In this document: positions 7,724-17,235 of the stretch, piece by piece | Position numbering within the stretch: position 1 is the stretch's first letter | How the letters are laid out: each line of letters opens with the position of its first letter | From: an uncultured Candidatus Poseidoniales archaeon | Lineage (GTDB): Archaea > Thermoplasmatota > Poseidoniia > Poseidoniales > Thalassarchaeaceae | Length of the DNA: 60,726 nucleotides | Assembly: GCA_902514485.1 (NCBI GenBank) | Contig: CABXQY010000001.1 | Location: 1-60,726 of the forward strand | Direction of reading: 5' to 3' | The notes under the pieces: model-generated | What the model was told of the DNA's origin: nothing | The model's input: the letters and a program-made list of their open reading frames with translations, nothing else | Databases searched by the model: none | Translations under genes and position numbers: made by a program

Positions 7724-9319
7724 GTGGCCGAAGAAAATGAAAATAATCTCGATTTTAATACAGTAGTGATAGGCTCTATAGCCGTAACTGTTGTACTTCT
7801 TTTACTAGCACCAATGATTATGGTTATCGGGAAAGACACCTCATATTCAGCCTATGAATCTGATGATTTAGCACAACTTAGTGAGATGAGATCGGACATG
7901 TCAGACCCTACTGGACTTCCAGATAGTTACTTCATTGCAAACACAATGTCAACTCCAATGCTAGTTAATGACTGGAAGGATCCTCATCGTACAATGTTAG
8001 TGATTGTTTCACCTGAGAAACCAATAGATGAAACAGCAGCAGATGCAATTTATGACTTTGTTACTGAGAAAGGAGGAAAGGTGATAATTGCAGCAGATAA
8101 TACCAATGCGAATCGATTAGCTTCAAAATTCGGAGTATCATATTTCGATTCGCCACTATTAGATCAAAATCAGCATTGGCTAGAATATAACGAAGATGGG
8201 ACAACTGCGCTACCTGTATGGCAGAATGTTTGGAGTGTTGCCAGTGTTGAGAACGATGTTAATGAAATGGAAGCAGGTGCTGCTAGGAAAGGTTGTTCAG
8301 AGTTTCAAATTTCAAATAATGATCCTAAGTCCTGTAGAATACCCGTCATGTTCCGTTCCCCTACTGGAATAAGATTTGAACCAACATCTGAGGACTTACC
8401 ACAACAAAACCCAGATAATCAGAGACAAGTGAGTGTTCTCGCATCAGCATCCTCATCAGCATTCATAGACATTGTAGGGGATGGAGATTCTAGTAATCCT
8501 GCAAACCCTGCACCGGGAGATTTATCTTTAATGATACGTGTAGATTACCCTAATATTCCTGTTTACGATAAAGTGACTGGAAAGGGCGGATTTAGTGACT
8601 TGGAAGAAATAAAAGTAACTGGTAGTATTGTATTCGTTTCCGATGATGAGGCTTTTTCAAATAGACTATGGGATATATCCACAGCTGCTGAGACAGGAAT
8701 GAGAAGTTCTTGTGAAGGAGTTGTAGAATCAAAATGTTGGATGAATGAAATTAACGACAACAATGACTGGAATGGTAATAGTGTATATTTCCAGATGCTA
8801 ATACATTCAATGATGGAATTTGACAATACTCAACTTTCTAGCCAGATTAGACAAGACACTAGTAATTTCCAAATTGTTTTCGATGAAAGCAGACATGTAA
8901 CTGGTACTATATCCGCACCATTCGTAGCCGCTATGTCTACAGTTGTTTTGCTTACATCTAATACATTCCTTAAATGGCTAGTAGTTCTTAATGTAGGTTT
9001 GCTGCTATTGGTATCAATGATGGTCATTCCTGAGAAAGAAAATTGGAGACATGTATTTGATCTAACTCGATTTAATCAAAGACCAAAAAAGTTGGATTCG
9101 AGTACATACAAACTAAGAGTCAAGCAGGCACTATTTACTAAAGTCAGAGTACATCATGACCTGACTCGTGACCAAATGGCTTCAAAACCCCCTGCAGAAG
9201 TCCAAGCAATGATAGGCGACCCTAGGCTAGTCGAACTAGCCTACAGCCAAACACGTACATACTCACCCCAAGAACTAAGGCAACTTATGATAGCAATTAG
9301 AAAATGGGGTAAGAATTAG
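7724..9319 (+). CDS. Membrane protein of the MoxR-operon-associated type (DUF4350-like, tentative)
   Basis: It has an N-terminal TM, a large extracytoplasmic domain, a second TM pair and a basic C-terminal tail. It lies immediately upstream of MoxR and DUF58, as in many archaeal MoxR modules. Confidence 0.45.
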   Translation: MAEENENNLDFNTVVIGSIAVTVVLLLLAPMIMVIGKDTSYSAYESDDLAQLSEMRSDMSDPTGLPDSYFIANTMSTPMLVNDWKDPHRTMLVIVSPEKPIDETAADAIYDFVTEKGGKVIIAADNTNANRLASKFGVSYFDSPLLDQNQHWLEYNEDGTTALPVWQNVWSVASVENDVNEMEAGAARKGCSEFQISNNDPKSCRIPVMFRSPTGIRFEPTSEDLPQQNPDNQRQVSVLASASSSAFIDIVGDGDSSNPANPAPGDLSLMIRVDYPNIPVYDKVTGKGGFSDLEEIKVTGSIVFVSDDEAFSNRLWDISTAAETGMRSSCEGVVESKCWMNEINDNNDWNGNSVYFQMLIHSMMEFDNTQLSSQIRQDTSNFQIVFDESRHVTGTISAPFVAAMSTVVLLTSNTFLKWLVVLNVGLLLLVSMMVIPEKENWRHVFDLTRFNQRPKKLDSSTYKLRVKQALFTKVRVHHDLTRDQMASKPPAEVQAMIGDPRLVELAYSQTRTYSPQELRQLMIAIRKWGKN

Positions 9320-9338
9320 AAAATTGGAGAGATAAAAA

Positions 9339-10394
9339 ATGAACGCAACACCACCAGCAGAAAAACCAGCAGCACCGCAAGCAGACGCGGTCAGTCAGGG
9401 ATATGCAAAGAAAGCCGAAACCGTCCGTGGATCTAAGAAAATGAGTGAAAAACTCGAAGCTGTAGGAGCAATTGCAGAAGCAATTAGTCTAGAGGTACAG
9501 AAAGTTATTATTGGGAAAAGCCACGTAATTGACAATGTTATGGTTAACATTTTGTCTAACGGTAACCTTCTATTCGAAGATTACCCTGGACTTGCAAAAA
9601 CACTGATGACCAACACCTTCGCAGACGCATTAGGATGCGATTTCAAGCGTGTACAATTTACGCCTGATTTGCTTCCAGCAGATATTACTGGAACAAATAT
9701 CTATGATGCAAAGAAAGGAGAATTTAGTTTCAAACCAGGTCCTATCTTCTGCAATTTACTCCTATCTGATGAGATAAATAGAGCACCTCCAAAGACACAG
9801 GCTGCTTTACTGGAAGCGATGCAGGAAAAGCAAGTTACTATTGGTGTAATTACTCACAAATTACCATCTCCGTTCTTGACAATGGCTACACAAAACCCAG
9901 TAGAACAAGAAGGAACTTATCCTCTACCTGAAGCTCAATTAGACCGTTTCATGTTCAAAATGTCCGTAGGATATCCAGACAGGGCTGATGAAGACGAGAT
10001 TCTAAGAAGAAGGATTGAAAGAAAGAAAGATGCAGTTGAAGTCGATGTAATAACCGACCCTGCTAGGGTTGTTGCCATGCAACAAGCAATTGAAGATGTG
10101 TATGTAGATCCAGCAGTAAGAATGTATATGGTAGAAATAGTTTCTAGGACTAGAGAAGACCCACGAGTGTTAGTTGGTTCTTCACCTCGTGGTTCTCAAG
10201 CATTGCTGAAGACAAGTCGTGCTGCTGCTGCTATGCGAGGAAGAGATTTCGTCACACCAGATGATGTTAAGGCCGTAGCTACATTAGCAGTTTCTCACAG
10301 ATTAATTTTGAAACCAGAACATCAAATAAAGGGTCTTGAGACTGATCAAGTTGTTTCAGACATTCTTAGGCAAGTTCCAGTCCCAACGGTTTGA
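9339..10394 (+). CDS. moxR: MoxR-family AAA+ ATPase
   Basis: Characteristic MoxR blocks: FEDYPGLAKT (Walker A variant GxAKT), VQFTPDLLPADITG, LLLSDEINRAPPKTQAALLEAMQE and SPRGSQALL. Confidence 0.9.
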   Translation: MNATPPAEKPAAPQADAVSQGYAKKAETVRGSKKMSEKLEAVGAIAEAISLEVQKVIIGKSHVIDNVMVNILSNGNLLFEDYPGLAKTLMTNTFADALGCDFKRVQFTPDLLPADITGTNIYDAKKGEFSFKPGPIFCNLLLSDEINRAPPKTQAALLEAMQEKQVTIGVITHKLPSPFLTMATQNPVEQEGTYPLPEAQLDRFMFKMSVGYPDRADEDEILRRRIERKKDAVEVDVITDPARVVAMQQAIEDVYVDPAVRMYMVEIVSRTREDPRVLVGSSPRGSQALLKTSRAAAAMRGRDFVTPDDVKAVATLAVSHRLILKPEHQIKGLETDQVVSDILRQVPVPTV

Positions 10395-10417
10395 ATAGAA
10401 GACAGATCTAAGGAGGT

Positions 10418-11743
10418 TTGCTTATGGCATGGAGTAGAAAATCAGCGATGTTCGCTTCTTTAGCGATAGCTCTTTATCTCCTCGGCCTAGTTTTACGTAA
10501 TCAGCAGTTGGTAACAGTAGCTGTAGTCCTTCTTTCTTTCCTTACTTGGGCAGCATTCAGAACTATAAATGCTGATGTTTCATCATCCGGTAGAAGGATG
10601 GATGAAGAAGTGTACTCAGGTGGGGTCGCATTACAGAATCTCGTGGCATTAAGAAGACTCTCTTCAGCACGAGTCTTCGAAGATGGTGAAGTCGATGTAT
10701 CTATCAGAATCCAGAACAAATCAAATCTCTCCAAGGTTCTGGAAGTTAGAGATCGTGTTCCTGAAGTAATGAGAATAAAGAAGGGTGCAAACTATGTTTT
10801 AATGGAATTAGGGCCTCAAAGAGAAACAGAAATAGCGTATACTATTGAGGCCCCATTAAGAGGATTTTATACTATAGGACCAGTATGTATCAGGATACAA
10901 GATACATTTGGACTATTCCATAATGAAAGAGAAATACACTTGTACGATGATTTTCTTGTATTTCCAAAAATGGAAGATATCAAGGATGCACTAATTAAAA
11001 GTCGTGTACCAAAAATATTCACAGGTGCAGTGAATATTAGGAATCCTGGGGAAGGCTCAAATTTCTATAACCTTAGAGAATATGTACCAGGGGACGCAAT
11101 GAAAAAAGTCAACTGGAAAGCTACGGCTCGTTCTGGTGGTAAACTAATGGTAAATGAGTTTGAAAGAGACGCTGTCAGCGACATTATATTGTTAGTAGAT
11201 AGTAGATCGGTTTCTGAAACAGGTCCAGTCAGTAGGAATTCGTTAGTATACAGCACTAGAGCAGCAGCAAGTCTTGCACAATATTTCCTCTCAAGAAGAG
11301 ACTCAGTAGGATTGGTTGTTTACGGCGATGAAATTGTTTCAGTTGACAGAGATACCGGTAAAAAGCAGTTATATGTTATTCTAACAAAACTAGCAGGAGC
11401 AATGGCTAAGGGGAATACTCCACTTAAAGTCGTCACAAATAGAATAATGCCTCACATAAATAGAGGGAGTCCAATTATTATTCTGAGTCCATTGGAAGAC
11501 GACCCTACAATAATTGAAGCAGTTAGGGATTTAAGGTCAAGAAACTTTGACGTCACTATACTATCTCCAAGTAGTTTACAATTCGAATTTGATGCAAGGA
11601 GATTAGATAGGACTGGTTACGAATTACTCAAAACAGAAAGAGATATCCTAATGAGCGAGTTAAGAGGACTAGGTGCTAATGTAATGGACTGGGAACCAGA
11701 TATGCTACTAAACACAGCTTTGTCAGGAGCTAGAGGATTTTGA
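10418..11743 (+). CDS. DUF58 (vWA-like) protein, MoxR partner
   Basis: Two N-terminal TM helices. It carries the conserved DUF58 block REYVPGDAMKKVNWKATARSGGLMVNEFE followed by LLVDS, a vWA-like MIDAS remnant. Confidence 0.8.
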   Translation: MLMAWSRKSAMFASLAIALYLLGLVLRNQQLVTVAVVLLSFLTWAAFRTINADVSSSGRRMDEEVYSGGVALQNLVALRRLSSARVFEDGEVDVSIRIQNKSNLSKVLEVRDRVPEVMRIKKGANYVLMELGPQRETEIAYTIEAPLRGFYTIGPVCIRIQDTFGLFHNEREIHLYDDFLVFPKMEDIKDALIKSRVPKIFTGAVNIRNPGEGSNFYNLREYVPGDAMKKVNWKATARSGGKLMVNEFERDAVSDIILLVDSRSVSETGPVSRNSLVYSTRAAASLAQYFLSRRDSVGLVVYGDEIVSVDRDTGKKQLYVILTKLAGAMAKGNTPLKVVTNRIMPHINRGSPIIILSPLEDDPTIIEAVRDLRSRNFDVTILSPSSLQFEFDARRLDRTGYELLKTERDILMSELRGLGANVMDWEPDMLLNTALSGARGF

Positions 11744-11755
11744 GGAGGTGATTAA

Positions 11756-12679
11756 TTGGTTGAACAAAAATCAGATACTGCTCATTTGTATGATGGGAAG
11801 ACTATCAGGTCATCCGCACCTAGCAGGAAAAAAGCTGCTGGGAAGATGAAAGGTAGCACTGAAATCCCTAAAGATGCAATACCAGAAGTGCATGTACCTT
11901 CCGTTATTGAGTCATTCTTTGGAGGACCAATTGTAACTAAGACGAAATTCCTCCCTCCGGATCGAGTAGTTAGTACTCTACAACTTTCAGCAGCAATTAT
12001 TCTAACATTATTGTGTATTGTAACATTTACAGTTACGCCCGTTTCAGGCACAGCATGGTTCTGGCTAAGTGACCTCATGGATATACCGATTATGGGAGTA
12101 GCAATCCATCTCTTACTGATAGGCATTGGATTTATTGGAGGCATGTATGGAATTTTTCAAAGAGATCAACGAGCAATATTGATATCTTATGTAGTTCTAA
12201 TATTAGTAACAATTAGATTTGCAGGGAGTAAAGTTGAATTTGGTATTGACCTATTACCAGATGGTGAGATTGCACAAAAATTACTCCTAATCTCCTATGC
12301 AATTTTCCTTGTAATGTACATTGAACTAACTAGTGGAGTCATACGGTTCTCTATGCTAGATAAATCCATTAGAACCGGCGAAGTTTATGTCATGAATGTT
12401 AAGAAAATAACATCTCAGTATTATAAGTCATTAATAATTACTCCAACAGTGGCGGGATTAGTTGCTTTGGTTACTTTAATGATCAATCTAATTATTCCAT
12501 CAATAGTTGGATTACTAGGTAGTGATGCTGCTGCAGATAGATTATCAGAGAGTGTGGAATTAACATCAGTTTACGGTGTAGCTCTGGGGACGGCAGTTGT
12601 TTTCATGATTGTTGCATCGGCATTTGCAGTGAATCTACCAGTAAGATTAGCCCAAATGAGAGAAAATGGTAGTAAATAA
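11756..12679 (+). CDS. Polytopic membrane protein, unknown function (last gene of the MoxR module)
   Basis: About 6 hydrophobic helices follow a basic cytoplasmic N-terminus. I recognise no family motif. Confidence 0.45.
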   Translation: MVEQKSDTAHLYDGKTIRSSAPSRKKAAGKMKGSTEIPKDAIPEVHVPSVIESFFGGPIVTKTKFLPPDRVVSTLQLSAAIILTLLCIVTFTVTPVSGTAWFWLSDLMDIPIMGVAIHLLLIGIGFIGGMYGIFQRDQRAILISYVVLILVTIRFAGSKVEFGIDLLPDGEIAQKLLLISYAIFLVMYIELTSGVIRFSMLDKSIRTGEVYVMNVKKITSQYYKSLIITPTVAGLVALVTLMINLIIPSIVGLLGSDAAADRLSESVELTSVYGVALGTAVVFMIVASAFAVNLPVRLAQMRENGSK

Positions 12680-12685
12680 AAAAAA

Positions 12686-13783
12686 CTATCCAATGTATCC
12701 ACCAATAATTCCTAAGTCTGCCATAACTAATATTGCTACAGATTCGACTACTGGTACTGCTCTTGGCCCTAGAACAGGATCATGGCGACCGAAAACTCGA
12801 AGCGTTCTCTGTTCGCCACTAGGTAAGTGTAGTGTAGATTGTTCTCTAGCAAGGCTACTTGGCGGTTTGAAGTGAACTACAACCCTAACTGCAGCACTAG
12901 TTGAACGGCCACCTAATGAACCGTCGGCATCCCCTGATTCAGAGCCGGCTAAAGAAAACTTCTCATCTTCTAATACCCACGCATCATTATTTTCAGAACC
13001 TCTCATTTTAGAGGTCTCAAATCCATGAGAAAACTCGACCGCTCTGGCACCAGGTATGGCCATCATACCTCTAGCTAGTGCTGGCTCGATGCCATCGAAC
13101 CATGGTTCTCCAACTCCAATGGGTAATCCCTCAATCAATAATTCTACAGATGAACCTATAGAGTCAAGGTCACGTCTTACGCTCTCCAATAATTCGGACA
13201 TTTTAACTACTGCATCTGGATCTCTACAATTCAAACGAGACATGTCAGTGTCATTAACTAGAGGAGATGATCTATCTAACTGAAATAAAGGCTTAGAGTG
13301 AATTATTCCCACACTGGCTAGATGGGCATTACAACTCCAACCTACTGAATCCAGTAAAGTACGTGCTTGACTGCCCGCAGCAACAAGTCCGAAAGTCAAC
13401 CTTGCAGATTGTGAACCCCCTCCTCTCAAATCACTTACGCCTTCAGATCTTACATGTTCGACTAGGTCTGCATGACCTGGCCTAGGATGATCGGGAAGAA
13501 AGGAGTAGTCTTTCGAACGTATATCTGAATTATGAGTCAGTAGAAGTATTGGCCAACCAGTAGCAACGCCCTCATGAACTCCAGACATTATCTCACATTT
13601 GTCGATTTCTGCTCTCGATGAAAGTCCTTTTCTACCCGGTTTTCTTCTTTCTATGAATTCAATTAATACATCATTGTCGATAGGCGTCCCTGCAGGTAAT
13701 CCCTCTAACAATGCACCAACACATCGCCCGTGACTTTCTCCAAAAAGTGTCACTCGGAGTCGGTCTCCTAATTTCATACTCAT
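12686..13783 (-). CDS. aroC: Chorismate synthase
   Basis: Recognisable blocks: N-terminus FGESHGRCVGALLEGLPAG, then RPGHAD, and the GGGSQSARLT region. Confidence 0.92.
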   Translation of the reverse strand: MSMKLGDRLRVTLFGESHGRCVGALLEGLPAGTPIDNDVLIEFIERRKPGRKGLSSRAEIDKCEIMSGVHEGVATGWPILLLTHNSDIRSKDYSFLPDHPRPGHADLVEHVRSEGVSDLRGGGSQSARLTFGLVAAGSQARTLLDSVGWSCNAHLASVGIIHSKPLFQLDRSSPLVNDTDMSRLNCRDPDAVVKMSELLESVRRDLDSIGSSVELLIEGLPIGVGEPWFDGIEPALARGMMAIPGARAVEFSHGFETSKMRGSENNDAWVLEDEKFSLAGSESGDADGSLGGRSTSAAVRVVVHFKPPSSLAREQSTLHLPSGEQRTLRVFGRHDPVLGPRAVPVVESVAILVMADLGIIGGYIG

Positions 13784-14634
13784 TTTATGATCTCCGTTAA
13801 ATTAGATTCCTGAAAACTACTCTCGATAATTTCATATTGATTTCTACTAAGAACTTCTTCAATTAATACTTTGTCTTGTCTAAAGCAAACAACCGAGATA
13901 GCGGGACCAGATCCTGTTATTGCTGCTGAAAGAGCACCATTTGCTATAGCACTATTACAAATCCTGAGTGCTTCATCATCATCTGTTGCTGCAGCAACAG
14001 CCATACCGTTTGCTGACATCGCATGAAATATTGAACCATTCGATAAAGAACTTAATGAGCGTTCAAAAATTGTCATCTGATTCTTGAATTTTTGAGTATT
14101 AATTTCATTCGAACGCCTTCCTCTGAGTAAAATAAATACACAATAATCCTCTTTTATTTCACCCTCGATTAAAATTGAATGTTCTGCTGGTTGAGATGGA
14201 TCAACTAATTTCCAACCCGAAGAAATTGATGCCCATGAATCATCCATACTTCCGGTCACTGTACAGCCAGCATGCCGTTGTGAAGAAACGGACAAATTAA
14301 TTATCTCAGATTTACTCAAGCCAGTCCATGTGGCAAGGTTTAAAGCTTTAATTGCAGCACAAGAAATTGCAGAGCTAGACTTAAGGCCTTGCCCCATTGG
14401 TATATTAGATACTATTTGCCATCCAAAGTTATCTGGTAAAGGAAAGCCTTCTTGCCTCCATATTATTTCAACCGATTCTAACAATGAATGTAAGTCTTCT
14501 TTTACATCTTGAGGCTCAGATACTAACCTAACTAAAACTTTCAAATCAATACCTATTGAACAACCTTTACCTAACCCTAGAGCATGAAGAACAGAAATTG
14601 CGGCGTTGGCTTCAGCCTCGGCGAGAACTTTCAT
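13780..14634 (-). CDS. aroK: Archaeal GHMP-family shikimate kinase
   Basis: GHMP ATP motif PMGQGLKSSSAISCA. The size (284 aa) and the position between DHQ synthase II and aroC fit. Start and stop codons overlap on both sides by 4 nt. Confidence 0.8.
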   Translation of the reverse strand: MKVLAEAEANAAISVLHALGLGKGCSIGIDLKVLVRLVSEPQDVKEDLHSLLESVEIIWRQEGFPLPDNFGWQIVSNIPMGQGLKSSSAISCAAIKALNLATWTGLSKSEIINLSVSSQRHAGCTVTGSMDDSWASISSGWKLVDPSQPAEHSILIEGEIKEDYCVFILLRGRRSNEINTQKFKNQMTIFERSLSSLSNGSIFHAMSANGMAVAAATDDDEALRICNSAIANGALSAAITGSGPAISVVCFRQDKVLIEEVLSRNQYEIIESSFQESNLTEIIK

Positions 14635-15584
14635 TTTTCTCTCATCTCCCCTTCAAGTGCGTTACCTATATGTCGCATTTGATTATCATTACGTACAATG
14701 ATTTCATCTCCAACTTCTAAGTCAGTAACAGAAATTATACTACCTGAGCCGTCAACAAGTCTTACGGTCTCCGCCTGCTGTAACATTATCTGACCTTCAT
14801 TACCTGACTTAGATCTAAAACGTATTAGCAAAAAAGGTCTTCTTTCTATTTTCAGTCGACCAATGATAGATTTCCTAACTACACCAGAATGAGAAATCAC
14901 TGTAACCTCATCACCTGCTAATAATTCTGAAAGATATCTAGTTGAACCATCTGACATTAAAACGTAAGAATGTACTGAACCAGCATTCACTCTAAATGGT
15001 CTAGAAGGGACGTATTCTGATTCAATTGTTTCTCCGTGGACTAAAGCCAGAGATGAAGAATTAGACCCAATCACCATACCTTCACCAATTCCTAAACGCT
15101 CGATTAAATCAATACATACTCTTTCTCCTATACCACTAGTATTTATTGAGAATACTTTCGCAATTGATAACTCAACAATAGGCTCAGAATTTATAATTGT
15201 AGATTTTTTGCTAGAAACTATTAGTTCTGCTTCATCCCATATTTCTTTATCTTGAGAAGGCAACACTAGTGCATCAACTCCATGTTCAAGAGCAAATGCA
15301 GCACCATTAATGTCCATTGCATTACTTATCGCGACCGCAATTTTTGTACCGCTACCCAAGGAATGTGAAATTAAGTTCTCTAAAGGAATCATTTTCCAAT
15401 TAGAACATCTAACAAGAATCCAAGGAATCATTCCAATAAGTGATATCGCTTCCTTCTGCGATGAATAATCATCAAGATTGACTTCCGCAACATCAGAATC
15501 TGAAGCTTGCCAAATTCGAGTACAAGATTCACGGGAAGATTCTGGACCTGAATCTTGCCAAAGTTGCATGTAATCACCTTCCAA
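14631..15584 (-). CDS. aroB': 3-dehydroquinate synthase II (archaeal type)
   Basis: Called on size, position directly downstream of the ADH synthase gene, and general resemblance to archaeal DHQS-II. No single diagnostic motif could be verified by eye. Confidence 0.7.
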   Translation of the reverse strand: MEGDYMQLWQDSGPESSRESCTRIWQASDSDVAEVNLDDYSSQKEAISLIGMIPWILVRCSNWKMIPLENLISHSLGSGTKIAVAISNAMDINGAAFALEHGVDALVLPSQDKEIWDEAELIVSSKKSTIINSEPIVELSIAKVFSINTSGIGERVCIDLIERLGIGEGMVIGSNSSSLALVHGETIESEYVPSRPFRVNAGSVHSYVLMSDGSTRYLSELLAGDEVTVISHSGVVRKSIIGRLKIERRPFLLIRFRSKSGNEGQIMLQQAETVRLVDGSGSIISVTDLEVGDEIIVRNDNQMRHIGNALEGEMREK

Positions 15585-16371
15585 TTAACTTTGAAGCTTC
15601 ATTTGCTGTTGATCCATTATGAACTATAGCCCTGAGTGCCCGAATACAAGATTCGGGGTCCTCTGATCCAAATACTTGACGACCGATGCAGACACCCGAG
15701 CCTCCTGATACAATTGCAGACTCTACAATATCTAGCAGATCAATAAATGAAATACCTCTTGGTCCACCTGAAATAAGGACTGGTATAGGGACTGCTTGAC
15801 ATACTAATTTGAATGAATCAATGTCTCCAGTCCAAGGAACCTTGACTACATCACATCCCAATTCCCAGGCAACTCTTGCTGCATGAGCTGCACCTTTAGT
15901 AGTATCATCTTCAGCAATCTTCAGATTGGGGCCTCTTGGATATATCATCCCTAATGTAGGGAGACCTAGAGGTAAAGCCTCACTTGTCAACATCCCCATA
16001 TCTTCAATCATCTCTGGCTCATTCTCATCGCCAAGATTTATCTGAGCAGAAACACCGTTGGCACCTCGAATCAGGCATTCTTCTGCATTTGCTACTTTTA
16101 CTTTATACTGATCTCTCGAACCTGCGTTCACGGTAGAAACTGACACATGACAAATGAAATTACTCCATCCTGTTGTCTCAACAAAGTGGCTCAGAGCGCC
16201 TTTCTGTAAAACTATGGCATCTGCACCACCAGAGATACAAGATGATATTACTTCATTCATTCTTTCTAGGCCTTTCTCCGGATATCCAGAGATGCCATGA
16301 TCCATAGGCACCCATACGCCTTTACCATCTGGAAGAATTCGAGCAAGACGGTCTACAAGCCCTTCTCCCAT
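15574..16371 (-). CDS. aroA': 2-amino-3,7-dideoxy-D-threo-hept-6-ulosonate (ADH) synthase, DhnA-type class I aldolase
   Basis: DhnA/FbaB-family blocks VPMDHGISGYP, GADAIVLQKG and DVVKVPWTG are present. It is linked to DHQS-II. Confidence 0.8.
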   Translation of the reverse strand: MGEGLVDRLARILPDGKGVWVPMDHGISGYPEKGLERMNEVISSCISGGADAIVLQKGALSHFVETTGWSNFICHVSVSTVNAGSRDQYKVKVANAEECLIRGANGVSAQINLGDENEPEMIEDMGMLTSEALPLGLPTLGMIYPRGPNLKIAEDDTTKGAAHAARVAWELGCDVVKVPWTGDIDSFKLVCQAVPIPVLISGGPRGISFIDLLDIVESAIVSGGSGVCIGRQVFGSEDPESCIRALRAIVHNGSTANEASKLIGR

Positions 16372-16445
16372 GGATTAGCGCCTGCTATCTTACTCTTGAA
16401 AGGTATCGTATAGAAATAACAGACAATTCACACAAAAAATATGTC

Positions 16446-17234
16446 TTAAATATCTAAATCTAGGATAAGAGGCGCATGATCAGAGACTACAAGACCCCCT
16501 TCTCTCAAAACTTCAGCTGATCTGAAAATCTTTAGCGCTGCTTCATTAGCAAGAGCATAATCAATTCTCCATCCTCTATTCAAAGCTCTAGCCTGACCCC
16601 TATTAGACCACCAAGAATATGGGCCTTTAATATCACCAACTTCCATCCTAAGTAAGTCATGCCAACCTAAGGATAGGAATCTAGTAAACCATTCTCGCTC
16701 ATGAATAAGAAAACCAGAAGTATTTCGATTGCCAGAAGGATTCCAAATATCATTTTCTGTATGCGCTATATTAAGATCGCCGCAAAGCAAAACCGGTTCA
16801 TCTAATTGTATAAATTTTTTAGACCAAATCAATAAATCTTCTAACCATTGATCTTTAAATTTCTGCCTATCAATATTCGCCCCGCCATTTGGAAGATAAA
16901 TATTGATACAATGAAGATTTCCATGTTTTGTATGAAGTACTCGCCCTTCAGAATCATCGATATCAACTATAGTAGAAATGCCCCGGCCTTCTTCGGACAT
17001 CCCTATTCTTGACCAAGTTGAAACACCCGAATATCCTTTTTTCTCAGCAGGGTGCCAAATAATTTCATGGCCACCTATTGGTTGCCAATCTTTTGGCATC
17101 TGTTCAGGTAAAGCCCTTACTTCTTGGAATAACCAGACATCACTATCTATTTTATTAATAAAGTCATCAAGTCCTTTACGATGTGCGGCTCTAATACCGT
17201 TTAGATTCCAAGTCACAACCCTCATGATATGCAC
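16446..17234 (-). CDS. xth: Exodeoxyribonuclease III (AP endonuclease)
   Basis: Matching blocks: MRVVTWNLNGIRA, LFQEV, GDLNIAHTENDI, RIDYAL and SDHAPL. Confidence 0.9.
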   Translation of the reverse strand: MHIMRVVTWNLNGIRAAHRKGLDDFINKIDSDVWLFQEVRALPEQMPKDWQPIGGHEIIWHPAEKKGYSGVSTWSRIGMSEEGRGISTIVDIDDSEGRVLHTKHGNLHCINIYLPNGGANIDRQKFKDQWLEDLLIWSKKFIQLDEPVLLCGDLNIAHTENDIWNPSGNRNTSGFLIHEREWFTRFLSLGWHDLLRMEVGDIKGPYSWWSNRGQARALNRGWRIDYALANEAALKIFRSAEVLREGGLVVSDHAPLILDLDI

Positions 17235-17235
17235 C

